DNA of 64,000 bases from a virus, in IMG/VR virus record IMGVR_UViG_3300037483_000947. One strand, given 5' to 3'. Below, piece after piece: positions 16,976 through 26,260 of the stretch. The position numbers and the translations under genes are program-made. The notes below the pieces were generated by a model. The model did not search any database, was not told where the DNA came from, and saw nothing but the letters and a program-made list of their open reading frames with translations. Positions within the stretch are counted from its first letter, which is position 1. Every line of letters starts with the position of its first letter.

Positions 16976-17623
16976 CTATTCTGATAATTTTATTGGTTCA
17001 TCCTCATTTAATTTGACTGAAAAGACCATATTGGTTCCTTCACCTTTTGAACCCATATCAAAAACCTCTATATCACAAGGTGAAATAGCATCAGGAAATT
17101 TGGGAATTTTAATAACGTAAACCCCTTCGTGCATTCTTATATGGATAAATTCTTCAAATGAAAATGGTGGTATAACTGGTGGTAACTTCCATATTTCAAT
17201 TGAAATCTCTCTTAACTTTTCCATTATATACTCCGCCAGTGGCTTAACTATAATTAGCTCACACGGGTAATCTACCGGACGCATTTCCTCCTTCTCTACC
17301 TTTTTTTTGAGGGGTTTTATTCTCATCCCTTTTAGCCATTCATTAACTTTTTCCCCCAAGCTAAAATAATCAGTGAAACTCTTCGCCCCGCAAAAAGCAC
17401 ATGATGATTGAACAGGAAGCCTATATTTTAAAATACTTTTCTCATGTTCCCAATCCTCTGGTGGAGTTTCTTTCGCTTTTATAAAGCGCTTAGTAGCATC
17501 GTCAATATCCTTCATTCTTTGTTCAAGAATCTGCTCAAACCATATAAAAAACGGAACTATGCCTATCGGCGGTCTTTTTTTGTGGATTCTTTTATATTCT
17601 GCCCTTGTTAATTTATTGCCCAT
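16976..17623 (-). CDS. hypothetical protein
   Basis: 215-aa ORF in the array. Confidence 0.5.
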   Translation of the reverse strand: MGNKLTRAEYKRIHKKRPPIGIVPFFIWFEQILEQRMKDIDDATKRFIKAKETPPEDWEHEKSILKYRLPVQSSCAFCGAKSFTDYFSLGEKVNEWLKGMRIKPLKKKVEKEEMRPVDYPCELIIVKPLAEYIMEKLREISIEIWKLPPVIPPFSFEEFIHIRMHEGVYVIKIPKFPDAISPCDIEVFDMGSKGEGTNMVFSVKLNEDEPIKLSE

Positions 17624-18026
17624 TTCCCCTCTCCTTCATTAAAATTTTGATATACATTTTTATATCATCAAGGCATCCCTCGCTAAAAACACACCCATGC
17701 AGTGTGCATAAGCAATATTGCCTCCAGTTTGAGTACCATTGTATCTTACCCAGTAGGTCATGCCCTGATTTGCTGTAAATCTCCACATCTACAGTCTTTT
17801 TATTCGGCTTCTGTATCTCAACAAATATCATCCATTTACTTTCAGGTTTCTTTAAAGGTTCTATCAACTCTATCTCTGACATTTTCACTACCCTGAAAAA
17901 TTTGCCCTTTTTATCATTCAATTCTACAAGATTTATTAATCTATTACCTGTTAGATACTCCATACCCTGATATTTCACCTTCACACCAGCCGATAGGTTA
18001 TCCTCATTTAATTTTATTGTACCCAT
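17613..18026 (-). CDS. hypothetical protein
   Basis: 137-aa ORF in the array. Confidence 0.5.
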   Translation of the reverse strand: MGTIKLNEDNLSAGVKVKYQGMEYLTGNRLINLVELNDKKGKFFRVVKMSEIELIEPLKKPESKWMIFVEIQKPNKKTVDVEIYSKSGHDLLGKIQWYSNWRQYCLCTLHGCVFSEGCLDDIKMYIKILMKERGNGQ

Positions 18027-18072
18027 TATTTTCGTATTTAATTCGTAATTTTTAATCTGTTGAGTTCACGAA

Positions 18073-18090
18073 ATCCCGCTCCCGCGGGAT
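18073..18090. other. GC hairpin ATCCCGC-tccc-GCGGGAT
   Basis: 7-bp perfect stem in an intergenic gap. The T-run lies on the plus-strand side only, so a terminator role for the minus-strand operon is doubtful. Confidence 0.3.
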
Positions 18091-18110
18091 AGTTTTTAAT
18101 TTGAAATTTT

Positions 18111-18311
18111 TTAACCTGTAACCTGCAACTCTTTAAACTCCTCTTCCCCCATCAGCGCCTCCACCTCCTCACGGTCCAGCAGATAAGTCTCCATTGCCAG
18201 CTTCACCACCTGAGCATAAGGGAAATTCTTATTCTCGCCTGTATTTTTATCGAGTGTCTGAGCAAAACCCCTCATATACCCCCGCACCTGTGCTACTCTT
18301 GCTGCTTGCAT
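18111..18311 (-). CDS. hypothetical protein
   Basis: 66-aa ORF. Its C-terminus ELQVTG is encoded by an AACCTGTAACCTGCAAC word repeat. Confidence 0.4.
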   Translation of the reverse strand: MQAARVAQVRGYMRGFAQTLDKNTGENKNFPYAQVVKLAMETYLLDREEVEALMGEEEFKELQVTG

Positions 18312-18529
18312 TTATAAACCTTTTAACTTTATTAACTTTCTAGCCATTTAACCTGCAACTAATTTATTCTCATGCCGGGGATACACTTCAAAAACCCCAC
18401 AGCTATTTTACATAGATTTTTTTCCCCTCTGTTTGTTCATCCGATTGAAAACAAGGAGTATTAACAGAGGAACTCATTAAAGAACGAATGTAAGTTTTTC
18501 AGCATGAGAAAAATTTAACCCTGAAACTC

Positions 18530-18901
18530 TTATTTTTCTGTAAATTTAAAATAATACGCCTTTGCTCTGCCCTCGGCATACAGCGGATAATCTGTCATTA
18601 CCCCCAGCGTATCATAACAATCTGTTAACAATGAACCATCTACAAATATCTTATGCCTCACATCTATTGCCCAATACGCATACCAATCAGGCATAGCTTT
18701 CCCCTCCGGCCAGAAATAAACAGTAAATTCACCATATACCGCCTCATCCGTTTGAGAAATGTATCCGGGGAAAAGCCAGGAAACGGGGTAAGAACTCACT
18801 GTATCAGCAATAGGATTCACTGTTGATACAACACTGTCCGTAATATTAAACTCTATCGGATAACCCGGCTGTAAGAGTAGTAGTAATATTAGTGTTTTCA
18901 T
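18530..18901 (-). CDS. hypothetical protein with N-terminal hydrophobic leader
   Basis: 123 aa, starting MKTLILLLLLQPGYP. Confidence 0.45.
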   Translation of the reverse strand: MKTLILLLLLQPGYPIEFNITDSVVSTVNPIADTVSSYPVSWLFPGYISQTDEAVYGEFTVYFWPEGKAMPDWYAYWAIDVRHKIFVDGSLLTDCYDTLGVMTDYPLYAEGRAKAYYFKFTEK

Positions 18902-18959
18902 TGTATTATATTAATTTATTAGTTATATTGTATGGACAGATTAAACATTTAAAAAGATT

Positions 18960-19502
18960 ATGGGCAGCATTGTAAGCATCCAAAAAATATCGGCTCAAAA
19001 AATCGGCATAACTTATGAATCTTATCTCGAAAAACTCTCCAAAGGTTTGAAGTGGTGTATGAAATGCAGAACATGGAAAACAAGAGATAATTTTAGTATT
19101 GATAAAAGCAGGGGAGATGGATTGAACGCCTCTTGCTTTAGTTGCCGTAGAGTAAAAATTAAAACTTATGGTCGGGGGACTCGAACCTCTTCCTGGAAAG
19201 GTAAGACAATGCCCCAATCCGCAAAAGATAAAATGTCTATTGCACATCAAGGAGAAAAAAATCACAGATGGAAAGGCGGGGTTAAAAGTTATAAAGCAAA
19301 TAAAAATCAAATCCTTGCACGTAGAAAAGTAAACCATGAAATTGAAGCAGGAAGAATCCCATCCCCCAAGACCCTCAAATGTAATGATTGCGACAATAAA
19401 GCAAAGGAATATCACCATATAAAAGGTTATGAAAAAAAATATTGGCTCACAATCATACCTGTTTGTTTTAAGTGCCATAGAATTAGAGATAAATCTCTTT
19501 AA
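18960..19502 (+). CDS. HNH homing endonuclease with NUMOD3-like motif
   Basis: GKTMPQSAKDKMSIAHQGEKNHRWKGG (NUMOD3-like) and CNDCDNKAKEYHHIKGY..PVCFKCHRIRD (HNH/zinc). Only clear plus-strand gene in the early block. Confidence 0.8.
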   Translation: MGSIVSIQKISAQKIGITYESYLEKLSKGLKWCMKCRTWKTRDNFSIDKSRGDGLNASCFSCRRVKIKTYGRGTRTSSWKGKTMPQSAKDKMSIAHQGEKNHRWKGGVKSYKANKNQILARRKVNHEIEAGRIPSPKTLKCNDCDNKAKEYHHIKGYEKKYWLTIIPVCFKCHRIRDKSL

Positions 19503-19522
19503 CCGAGTAATTTTTGTTTTAC

Positions 19523-19984
19523 TCATGGCGAAATTATCTTTCTAATTTTAACAAATGCAATGTGCATTTGGTGTAACGTATTGGATTTCCTGCAGGCAGG
19601 ATGAACACAGTGAATTAATTTAATCTTATGAAATTCACTTGCTTGGCAAACTACTTTAACTGCTTCCTCTGCAATTTTCCCGAATGTTATTACTACACTC
19701 GGATTGAATTTTAATAATGTCCCGCAAATGTGAGTATAATCAGGCTTACAAATTGTTCTCGGATTATCCGCAATTTCCTTTGTGCATTCATCAAAAATCA
19801 TTTTATCAATCAAAGATTGTCCGAAAACCTGCGTAATCCTTCTGCCGGTTATACATCCCTGAAAAAGCAATGTCTTGCACCACCAGTTCCATCCTTTAGA
19901 ACCCAATCGCCAATTTATTGCAGCTTGTAACCTTGCAGGGTCTTTTACCCACATATTCTGCAAAAAAACTAATATTTTACTCAT
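19523..19984 (-). CDS. hypothetical protein
   Basis: 153-aa ORF. Confidence 0.5.
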   Translation of the reverse strand: MSKILVFLQNMWVKDPARLQAAINWRLGSKGWNWWCKTLLFQGCITGRRITQVFGQSLIDKMIFDECTKEIADNPRTICKPDYTHICGTLLKFNPSVVITFGKIAEEAVKVVCQASEFHKIKLIHCVHPACRKSNTLHQMHIAFVKIRKIISP

Positions 19985-20321
19985 TTTTCATTTCTAATTT
20001 AAATATTTTCCCTACCTGTGATTTATAATATTTGATTTTCTGAGGAGGCCACGCGGGCCTTAAAGTCGTAAGCAATAATGAATCACCACTAAAATTCTGA
20101 TATTGAAAAAATAACATCAGGTACTTACCTGGCTTTAGTTTATAATGCTGATACCCGTTCTCTTCATCAAAGTAAGCAGTATCGTAGTCCAGCATTTCTT
20201 TGGAAAGGTCTTTCAAGTTTACCTCCATCACCTGAATCAGTGTAAAATCCCTCTGCTCAGGATGATTAGGCAACTTGTAGTAATTATGAGAAAATTTAAT
20301 TTTATTGATTATCTCTGACAT
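19977..20321 (-). CDS. hypothetical protein
   Basis: 114-aa ORF, with AATTACGAATTACAA immediately 5' of the ATG. Confidence 0.5.
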   Translation of the reverse strand: MSEIINKIKFSHNYYKLPNHPEQRDFTLIQVMEVNLKDLSKEMLDYDTAYFDEENGYQHYKLKPGKYLMLFFQYQNFSGDSLLLTTLRPAWPPQKIKYYKSQVGKIFKLEMKNE

Positions 20322-20343
20322 TTGTAATTCGTAATTGCTTTTA

Positions 20344-20556
20344 TCACCTGCATTTATGCTTCCTGAACCCTTTCTTGCCTATATCAGACTGTTCCGTAAC
20401 CTTCACCTTGTCAAATCCATCCGCGTATCTTATCCCTGTAGCTTTGATTTCCGAAACATCAGCATCAAACGCCTCCCACCCGGAAGTAGTCTTGCCTGTA
20501 TCCGGAAAGAATATATCCACCCCGCAGCGGTTGCACTTTTTAAATTCAGTATTCAC
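20344..20556 (-). CDS. small zinc-ribbon-like protein
   Basis: 70 aa with CNRCG near the N-terminus. Confidence 0.4.
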   Translation of the reverse strand: MNTEFKKCNRCGVDIFFPDTGKTTSGWEAFDADVSEIKATGIRYADGFDKVKVTEQSDIGKKGFRKHKCR

Positions 20557-22289
20557 TTCCCCAGCATCTCCATCAGTATATGATTATATACCAGTTCAAT
20601 CTCCTGTTCCGATACCGCAAAAGTGGACAGGTAAAATTCAATCCTGTTCCTTAAAGTACCAGATGTTGTATTGTTTGCATTCTTTTTTGCCACTGAAATA
20701 TCTATCAGTTCTTTTACGTGTCCCAATGTAGTTTTTGAATTACTTCCTTCACCGGAATTTAATAAAAGTGCTTTCATCGCAATCTCCGAAGTAGATAATC
20801 CCACACCTCGTGCTTCAAGGTATTTCAGAACAATCTTAGCTCGTTCACTTAATTGCCCAATTTCACCTAACACCTTTTGTTTCGCCTCCGCCAGAAAATC
20901 CTTCTTGATCTTCTCCAAAGGAGCAACTTCATACACTTTCCCCTCTCCCGCAGGCATCCGCACTAATACTTGTTTCACAATCTCATCTACATCAACACCA
21001 GGCACTATTGCCGTATTTGAATTGGTTATAACCGGCATCTTCTGCCTCACCCGCTCCACAATCTCATCCTCATCTATCACCTGTGACGGCTTATTTTTCA
21101 AGGTAAATAATTCACTCGCGAGTTTGTTAATCTGATCCTGCATTTCCTCAATTTTTTTAAAGAAATCCGCTCTCATCTCACTTATTGTTTTCCGGAACCG
21201 CTTTACAGTCTCTTCAAAATTTATCTTCTCTTCCTTACCCTCTTCATTTTTTGTCAGTGCTATCTGAAACGGAGCAAGATTCTCAGGCGCATCTATTTCT
21301 GATACTTTCAATTTGCCCAATGCAATCTTCTTTGCCCGCACATCATCTAACCAGAACGGCTGAACATATACCTTTATAACCCTGTCGCGTGTGCAGTAAT
21401 AAAACTCGCCTGTCTTTAACTGCATAATCTCATCTGTTTTGGGCTTCGAGGTCTTTGGCAGTGGAATCTGGTCTATCGTGTGCTTAACTTCGTTTATTTC
21501 ACTCTGATACCCCAATAACCATGTGCTGATTTGCTTCAGGTAAGTTTTATCAACATTCGCTATATCCTGTGAATCTATCCATACATAATTCCCCGATGCC
21601 GCACCCTGGCGGATGAACTCTTCAATTACCAGTTTACAGGGATTCCCTCTTGCCTGTGGCAGAAACTTCCAGCTCTCAGGTATAACTATCACCACATCCT
21701 TGAAATTCTGCAATACTTCATCAGCAACAGAACGTATTATCAGACTCTGCACCTCGGTATCACGGCTGAACCGCTCCAAATCAATTATATTCAAACCATC
21801 AGTAAGTTCCAGCTTATTTGAAAAGGTTATTGATTGCAGTTTTGGCAGCACTATTTCAAGATACGCCTGCAGATTTGTCAGCATGGAGTGCTCGATGCCG
21901 CCTTCTTTCGATTTCAGCAGATTCTCATCTACCTTCTGTTTGAACTTAATTAATGAGTTTCCTCCGGTTTTCTTGCAGATATTAATGATCCGTGAACGGT
22001 CAAAACTGTTCAGCTTTTCCTTGATGGTTGATTCCACTAATCCCTGAACAAACTGCCAGTCGCTTCTATCCACAAAAAACGGCGGAATGATAGTCCCGTG
22101 CAGAAAACTCTTTTCACCTATTTTGGTCCTGAATACTATAGCCTTAGATTTTGAGTTCTTTATCAGTGTTTCCAGCGTAGTGGTCTTGCCCGCTTCCTGT
22201 GTAACACCTGTAACTATGAGATGTGCAGGGTCAATAAACACTTCTTTCCCTGTGCCCACCTCGTAACCAAGTTTTATTTTCTCTTTCAT
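20553..22289 (-). CDS. P-loop NTPase (HerA/FtsK/VirB4-like, tentative)
   Basis: Walker A GVTQEAGKTTT and Walker-B-like VVIVIPESWKF, with a coiled-coil and wHTH-like C-terminus. Start trimmed to the ATG at 22289. Confidence 0.5.
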   Translation of the reverse strand: MKEKIKLGYEVGTGKEVFIDPAHLIVTGVTQEAGKTTTLETLIKNSKSKAIVFRTKIGEKSFLHGTIIPPFFVDRSDWQFVQGLVESTIKEKLNSFDRSRIINICKKTGGNSLIKFKQKVDENLLKSKEGGIEHSMLTNLQAYLEIVLPKLQSITFSNKLELTDGLNIIDLERFSRDTEVQSLIIRSVADEVLQNFKDVVIVIPESWKFLPQARGNPCKLVIEEFIRQGAASGNYVWIDSQDIANVDKTYLKQISTWLLGYQSEINEVKHTIDQIPLPKTSKPKTDEIMQLKTGEFYYCTRDRVIKVYVQPFWLDDVRAKKIALGKLKVSEIDAPENLAPFQIALTKNEEGKEEKINFEETVKRFRKTISEMRADFFKKIEEMQDQINKLASELFTLKNKPSQVIDEDEIVERVRQKMPVITNSNTAIVPGVDVDEIVKQVLVRMPAGEGKVYEVAPLEKIKKDFLAEAKQKVLGEIGQLSERAKIVLKYLEARGVGLSTSEIAMKALLLNSGEGSNSKTTLGHVKELIDISVAKKNANNTTSGTLRNRIEFYLSTFAVSEQEIELVYNHILMEMLGK

Positions 22290-22312
22290 TGTTATAATTT
22301 TAATTTGATTAA

Positions 22313-24115
22313 TTATGCTGCTTTCTTTATCTTTTGTAATTTCAAATTCACTCCGTAGAGTGCCTCTATCCATTTTTTAGGAATCACCGGCACAACTGCA
22401 TTCCCTATAAACTTCTTACGATCAGCCTGTGTCCCGCATAGCACATAATTTCGGGGGAAACCTTGAATTCTCAGTAACTCCGGTATTTTCAGCATCCGCA
22501 TCTTAATATCAATTATCCCATGAGCAGCCATAAATAGTTTAATTTTAACGGTTGCCGGTGAATCTGTTTCATAAATCTCTATAGCAGCTTCACCCTTCTC
22601 GGTTGATACCAGATAAGGCGGTTTTTTATCCATTCTTGCTATCAAAGTAAAACACGGATCATCAACAGACTTACCTTTATCAGCATACTGCGGATTCAAA
22701 AGGTAATGATTGTGCCGGGATGCCAGAAGTGTTGGCGCCGGTTCGTTTATAGAACTTCCTTTATTGTTGAATTGGTCCTGCATTATAAAAGACTGCTCTG
22801 CTTTTACAAGATTGTATTTATTAACAGTCAGGATGCTGCCCAATGGTCGCTCCACAGAATCGTTCTTCTTCCCCTGTGTATTCATTATATCTATGAAAAA
22901 CTTCGGATGAATAATTGCTAACCTATCCTTTGTTGAAAGTGTAGAAGCAGGTTCATCTACACTTACAGTATTTTTGCCGTTACCGTGATATTTAATCAGA
23001 AATTCAGGAGAAACATACCCGTATTTATCTTTTGTCAGAAGCGTGGGTGAAGGCTCGTCCACCGAAGCCGTTTTACTTCTATGATTATAATTTATCAGAA
23101 ATTGCGCCTGAACAAGCCCGAATCTGTTGGCGGTTGTAACCGTGTTTGTCGGTCCCTTTACGCTCAAAACTCTTGTATAATCATTGCCGGAATTATACTG
23201 TTGCAAAAAGGCTTTTTTTACATTTACCATTGCATGATGGTCAACCGTTGTTACCGAACCAAGCGGGCTATTAACATCTTTATTGTGATGATTCGGGTCC
23301 CCCGTAAAATAGCGCGTTATAAAAGATTCATCCCCGTTAGCCACATATTTTACCAACCCCGCATAAATTCTTTCCTTCGTCTTTTCCGAAAGTTCTTTCT
23401 TCCGGGTAAAAATACTTGCTCCCTCATCCTTGAAATCCAACACATCTTTAACAGCTTTCCACTTCTTTAACCCAAACATATTGCCAGCACCTGGGGCAGA
23501 TTTACAATGAGTTACCACAGGCCATGCTACAGGACAACCTTCCTTTGAAAATAGTATAAACAACCTTCTTCGGGAAGTATAAGCACCGTAATCCGCAGCG
23601 TTCAAAATCCTGTATTCGTAGTTATATCCGTAAGATTTAATTTTCTTAACCCACCGCATATAACTCCTGCCTCTATCTCTGCTTTCCGGCTTACCATTTT
23701 CATCCAGTGCTCCCCATGCCATAAACTCTCTCACGTTTTCAATAAGTATGTAATCAGGCTTAACATGCTCGATATATCTGTATAAATGCTCTGCCAGCGT
23801 TCTTGAATCCGCATCCCGTGGTAATCCGCCTTTAGCATTACTGAAATTTGTGCACTCCAGAGAAGCCCACAAATAAGTAACGGTTTCGGTTGAATCTGTG
23901 AATTTCGGGAAACGATGAACATCGAAGGTCTTTATATCCTCTGTGAAGTGCACCACGTTCTTATGATTGCTCAGATGACTCTCAATAGCCACCGGATCAT
24001 GATTTATACACGCAATAACATCAGCTATTTTCTGCTTGTTACGCCGCGCTTTCTCGATGCCGGTAGTAGTCCCTCCCGCGCCGCAAAACAAATCTATTCC
24101 TTCAAATTTTAACAT
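22313..24115 (-). CDS. DNA (cytosine-5) methyltransferase with tandem TRD-like repeats
   Basis: Motif I DLFCGAGG, catalytic-Cys region ASLECTNFS, ILIENV, SRRRLFIL, RIQGFP, GNAVVP. 600 aa. Confidence 0.85.
   Translation of the reverse strand: MLKFEGIDLFCGAGGTTTGIEKARRNKQKIADVIACINHDPVAIESHLSNHKNVVHFTEDIKTFDVHRFPKFTDSTETVTYLWASLECTNFSNAKGGLPRDADSRTLAEHLYRYIEHVKPDYILIENVREFMAWGALDENGKPESRDRGRSYMRWVKKIKSYGYNYEYRILNAADYGAYTSRRRLFILFSKEGCPVAWPVVTHCKSAPGAGNMFGLKKWKAVKDVLDFKDEGASIFTRKKELSEKTKERIYAGLVKYVANGDESFITRYFTGDPNHHNKDVNSPLGSVTTVDHHAMVNVKKAFLQQYNSGNDYTRVLSVKGPTNTVTTANRFGLVQAQFLINYNHRSKTASVDEPSPTLLTKDKYGYVSPEFLIKYHGNGKNTVSVDEPASTLSTKDRLAIIHPKFFIDIMNTQGKKNDSVERPLGSILTVNKYNLVKAEQSFIMQDQFNNKGSSINEPAPTLLASRHNHYLLNPQYADKGKSVDDPCFTLIARMDKKPPYLVSTEKGEAAIEIYETDSPATVKIKLFMAAHGIIDIKMRMLKIPELLRIQGFPRNYVLCGTQADRKKFIGNAVVPVIPKKWIEALYGVNLKLQKIKKAA
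22607..23290 (-). repeat. seven tandem ~28-38-aa repeats inside the C5-MTase variable region
   Basis: Each unit contains P-x-x-[ST]-[VLI]-x-[TA]: SPLGSVTT, GPTNTVTT, EPSPTLLT, EPASTLST, RPLGSILT, EPAPTLLA, DPCFTLIA (aa 276-503). Confidence 0.75.
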
Positions 24116-24116
24116 A

Positions 24117-24731
24117 TTATTTATCGTATAATTCTATTTGATTTTTACTTGGTTTATATTTCTCTTTCACCTGGTCAATACTCACTTTCCTCCACACCGT
24201 TAAGGCTCTGAGATTAGTATACCCAGCAATAGTATAAATCCCTATAATACCTATCAATTTTAAGCGTTTTTTATGAATCGTTTCGTGGGGATGATACTGC
24301 GGAATCAACCTATGGAGCAGTATAACAACTCCTCCCTCTTCACAAACTCTTGCAGCTTCATTCATTACCTTCAGAATATTCACATATCCTAATCCATACA
24401 GCCTTTTTGCCTCTTCCTCTGAATACGGCGGATCCAGAAATACGAAATCATACATTTCGGTTTCCAGTGGTAACTTTTCGCAATTCGCAACCACATCAGG
24501 TTTTAATTCAGGCTTAATATCTACCGTGGTTCCGCCTTTATCTTTGTAACTACCCGAAAACAACCACAACCTTTTCTCTCCCCACCATTCCATTTCTTTG
24601 ATACGTTTTATTAATCCTCGCGGAAATGCACCCGCATAACCATTTTGAGACGGTCCTAGACACCAGATATCGCGGTAGTAATCCCACTTTGTCCCCTTGA
24701 ATTTGTCTGAATATTTCTTTTGTTCACTCAT
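24117..24731 (-). CDS. DNA methyltransferase, DPPY-motif (N6-A or N4-C)
   Basis: LFSGSY (FxGxG-like) precedes FLDPPY. Start trimmed to MSEQKKY at 24731. Confidence 0.55.
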   Translation of the reverse strand: MSEQKKYSDKFKGTKWDYYRDIWCLGPSQNGYAGAFPRGLIKRIKEMEWWGEKRLWLFSGSYKDKGGTTVDIKPELKPDVVANCEKLPLETEMYDFVFLDPPYSEEEAKRLYGLGYVNILKVMNEAARVCEEGGVVILLHRLIPQYHPHETIHKKRLKLIGIIGIYTIAGYTNLRALTVWRKVSIDQVKEKYKPSKNQIELYDK

Positions 24732-24780
24732 TTTAATCCATTTTTTAAATCCGAAATCCCAAATCACAATTCCGAAATCA

Positions 24781-26244
24781 TTAGAACGGTGTTTCCTCTC
24801 CACTGTGATACCGCATTTCCTTGCTTTCACTCATTGTTTCAAACCGCGCCGAGTGATGCTTGAACACCAGCCTGCACTCGCCTATCGGACCATTCCGCTG
24901 CTTACCTATTATGATTTCAGCCCTGCCCTTGAAATCTTCAAACTTAGGGTCGTCTTTGCTCATATACACTTCGGGCCTGTTTATGAATATCACCACATCC
25001 GCATCCTGCTCAATACTGCCTGAATCACGCAAATCACTCAGTATAGGTCTTTTTTCACCGCCTCTTTCTTCCACTTTCCGGTTAAGCTGTGAGAGCGCCA
25101 CTACCGGAATATCCAATTCCTTTGAGAGCTGTTTCAAACCCCGGGTAATCACTCCGTATTTTGTGGTTAATAGTTCCTTTGAATTATCTACCTCCATAAT
25201 CTGCAAATAATCCACTATTACCATTGCAATATCGTGTTCCATCTTCAGCTGCCTTGACTTAGCACAAATCTCAAATAATCCCAACGGTGAGGAATCATCT
25301 ATAAAAATCCTTGAATTTTTCAGCTTTATCATTGCCTCATCAATTGCTTCAAATTCCTTCTTCCCCAGTTTCCCTGTTTTGAATTTTGATATATCAACAT
25401 CCGCGTCCTGAGCTATAAACCGCATTGCGAGTTCGCGGTTACTCATTTCGATTGAAAAAATACCTATTGGAAGCTGATATACATTTATCCCCGCATTAGC
25501 AGCCACACTTAAAGCAAATGCTGTTTTCCCGTGTGATGGTCTTCCGGCTATAATCGTTAACTCTGACTTCTGAAATCCGCCTGTCAGCTCATCTAATTTA
25601 TTATATCCCGTAGGAACCGCTATTAACGTCTTATTTTCCGCCTTCTCGTGGATCAACAGCACCTCATCCATTGTCTTATCTGCTATTTCACCCAGCGCCT
25701 GCGGCCCCTTCTTGAACATCTTTGCGCCCAGCTTATATATCTCCCGCTGAATAGCCGAAATAATTTCCTCGAAACTTACAGAATCATCAAAACATTTATC
25801 ACGTAATTGACTTGTTAAACCTATCAAATCCCGCTTCCCGTAATACCCCATCATCTTTTCCAATGAGTAATTCACCGTTTCTGATGAAGTAAAATCTGAT
25901 GTTAATCCTGCCAGATAAGCAGGACCGCCCACAGCATCCAGTTCACCCTTGACTTTCAGTTCCTCGGTCAGAGTGATTAAATCCACCGGGTCACGGTTCG
26001 AGTGCAATTTCACTATTGCATGGTAAATAATCGCATTTTTAGCAGCATAGAAGAAATCCGGCGTAACATTCTTAGCCAGTGCAATATCAATAAGCGGGTT
26101 GCAAATAATCATCCCCCCCAGCACATTCACCTCAAGCTCCGGTGAGTGCGGAGGCACCTTGTGCAGAGCCAAATCCTGAGCGGAGCCGAAGGACATCACA
26201 TCCTTGATGTCATAACCGGACTTATCTGCTTTCCCTTTTTTCAT
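24781..26244 (-). CDS. dnaB: replicative DNA helicase DnaB
   Basis: AGRPSHGKTAFAL (Walker A), MVIVDYLQ (Walker B), LSQLNR..SDLRDSGSIEQDADVV, plus an N-terminal DnaB-type domain. Confidence 0.9.
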   Translation of the reverse strand: MKKGKADKSGYDIKDVMSFGSAQDLALHKVPPHSPELEVNVLGGMIICNPLIDIALAKNVTPDFFYAAKNAIIYHAIVKLHSNRDPVDLITLTEELKVKGELDAVGGPAYLAGLTSDFTSSETVNYSLEKMMGYYGKRDLIGLTSQLRDKCFDDSVSFEEIISAIQREIYKLGAKMFKKGPQALGEIADKTMDEVLLIHEKAENKTLIAVPTGYNKLDELTGGFQKSELTIIAGRPSHGKTAFALSVAANAGINVYQLPIGIFSIEMSNRELAMRFIAQDADVDISKFKTGKLGKKEFEAIDEAMIKLKNSRIFIDDSSPLGLFEICAKSRQLKMEHDIAMVIVDYLQIMEVDNSKELLTTKYGVITRGLKQLSKELDIPVVALSQLNRKVEERGGEKRPILSDLRDSGSIEQDADVVIFINRPEVYMSKDDPKFEDFKGRAEIIIGKQRNGPIGECRLVFKHHSARFETMSESKEMRYHSGEETPF

Positions 26245-26260
26245 TTATTAGAAATTGTGT

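Noticed and set aside
19175-19200. GACTCGAACC, a reverse-complement T-loop-like string.
   Set aside because: The flanks do not pair (GAGG versus CCCC), and it lies within the well-supported HNH coding frame.
18906-19526. Annotating the 206-aa minus-strand ORF as a genuine protein-coding gene.
   Set aside because: Its composition (F/I/L/C-rich) is that of the antisense of a Lys-rich gene, and the plus-strand frame has clear HNH and NUMOD3 motifs. It is reported as a finding (an open read-through frame), not as a CDS.
19523-19984. A UDG-superfamily call, based on the C-terminal VITFGKIA...HCVHPACR resemblance to HPSPLS-type motifs.
   Set aside because: The N-terminal GxxPG/ED-type motif A is absent, so the resemblance is too weak. 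Left as hypothetical.
23731-23922. 63-aa alternative-frame ORF inside the C5-methyltransferase gene.
   Set aside because: It overlaps conserved methyltransferase motifs read in the main frame and has no features of its own.
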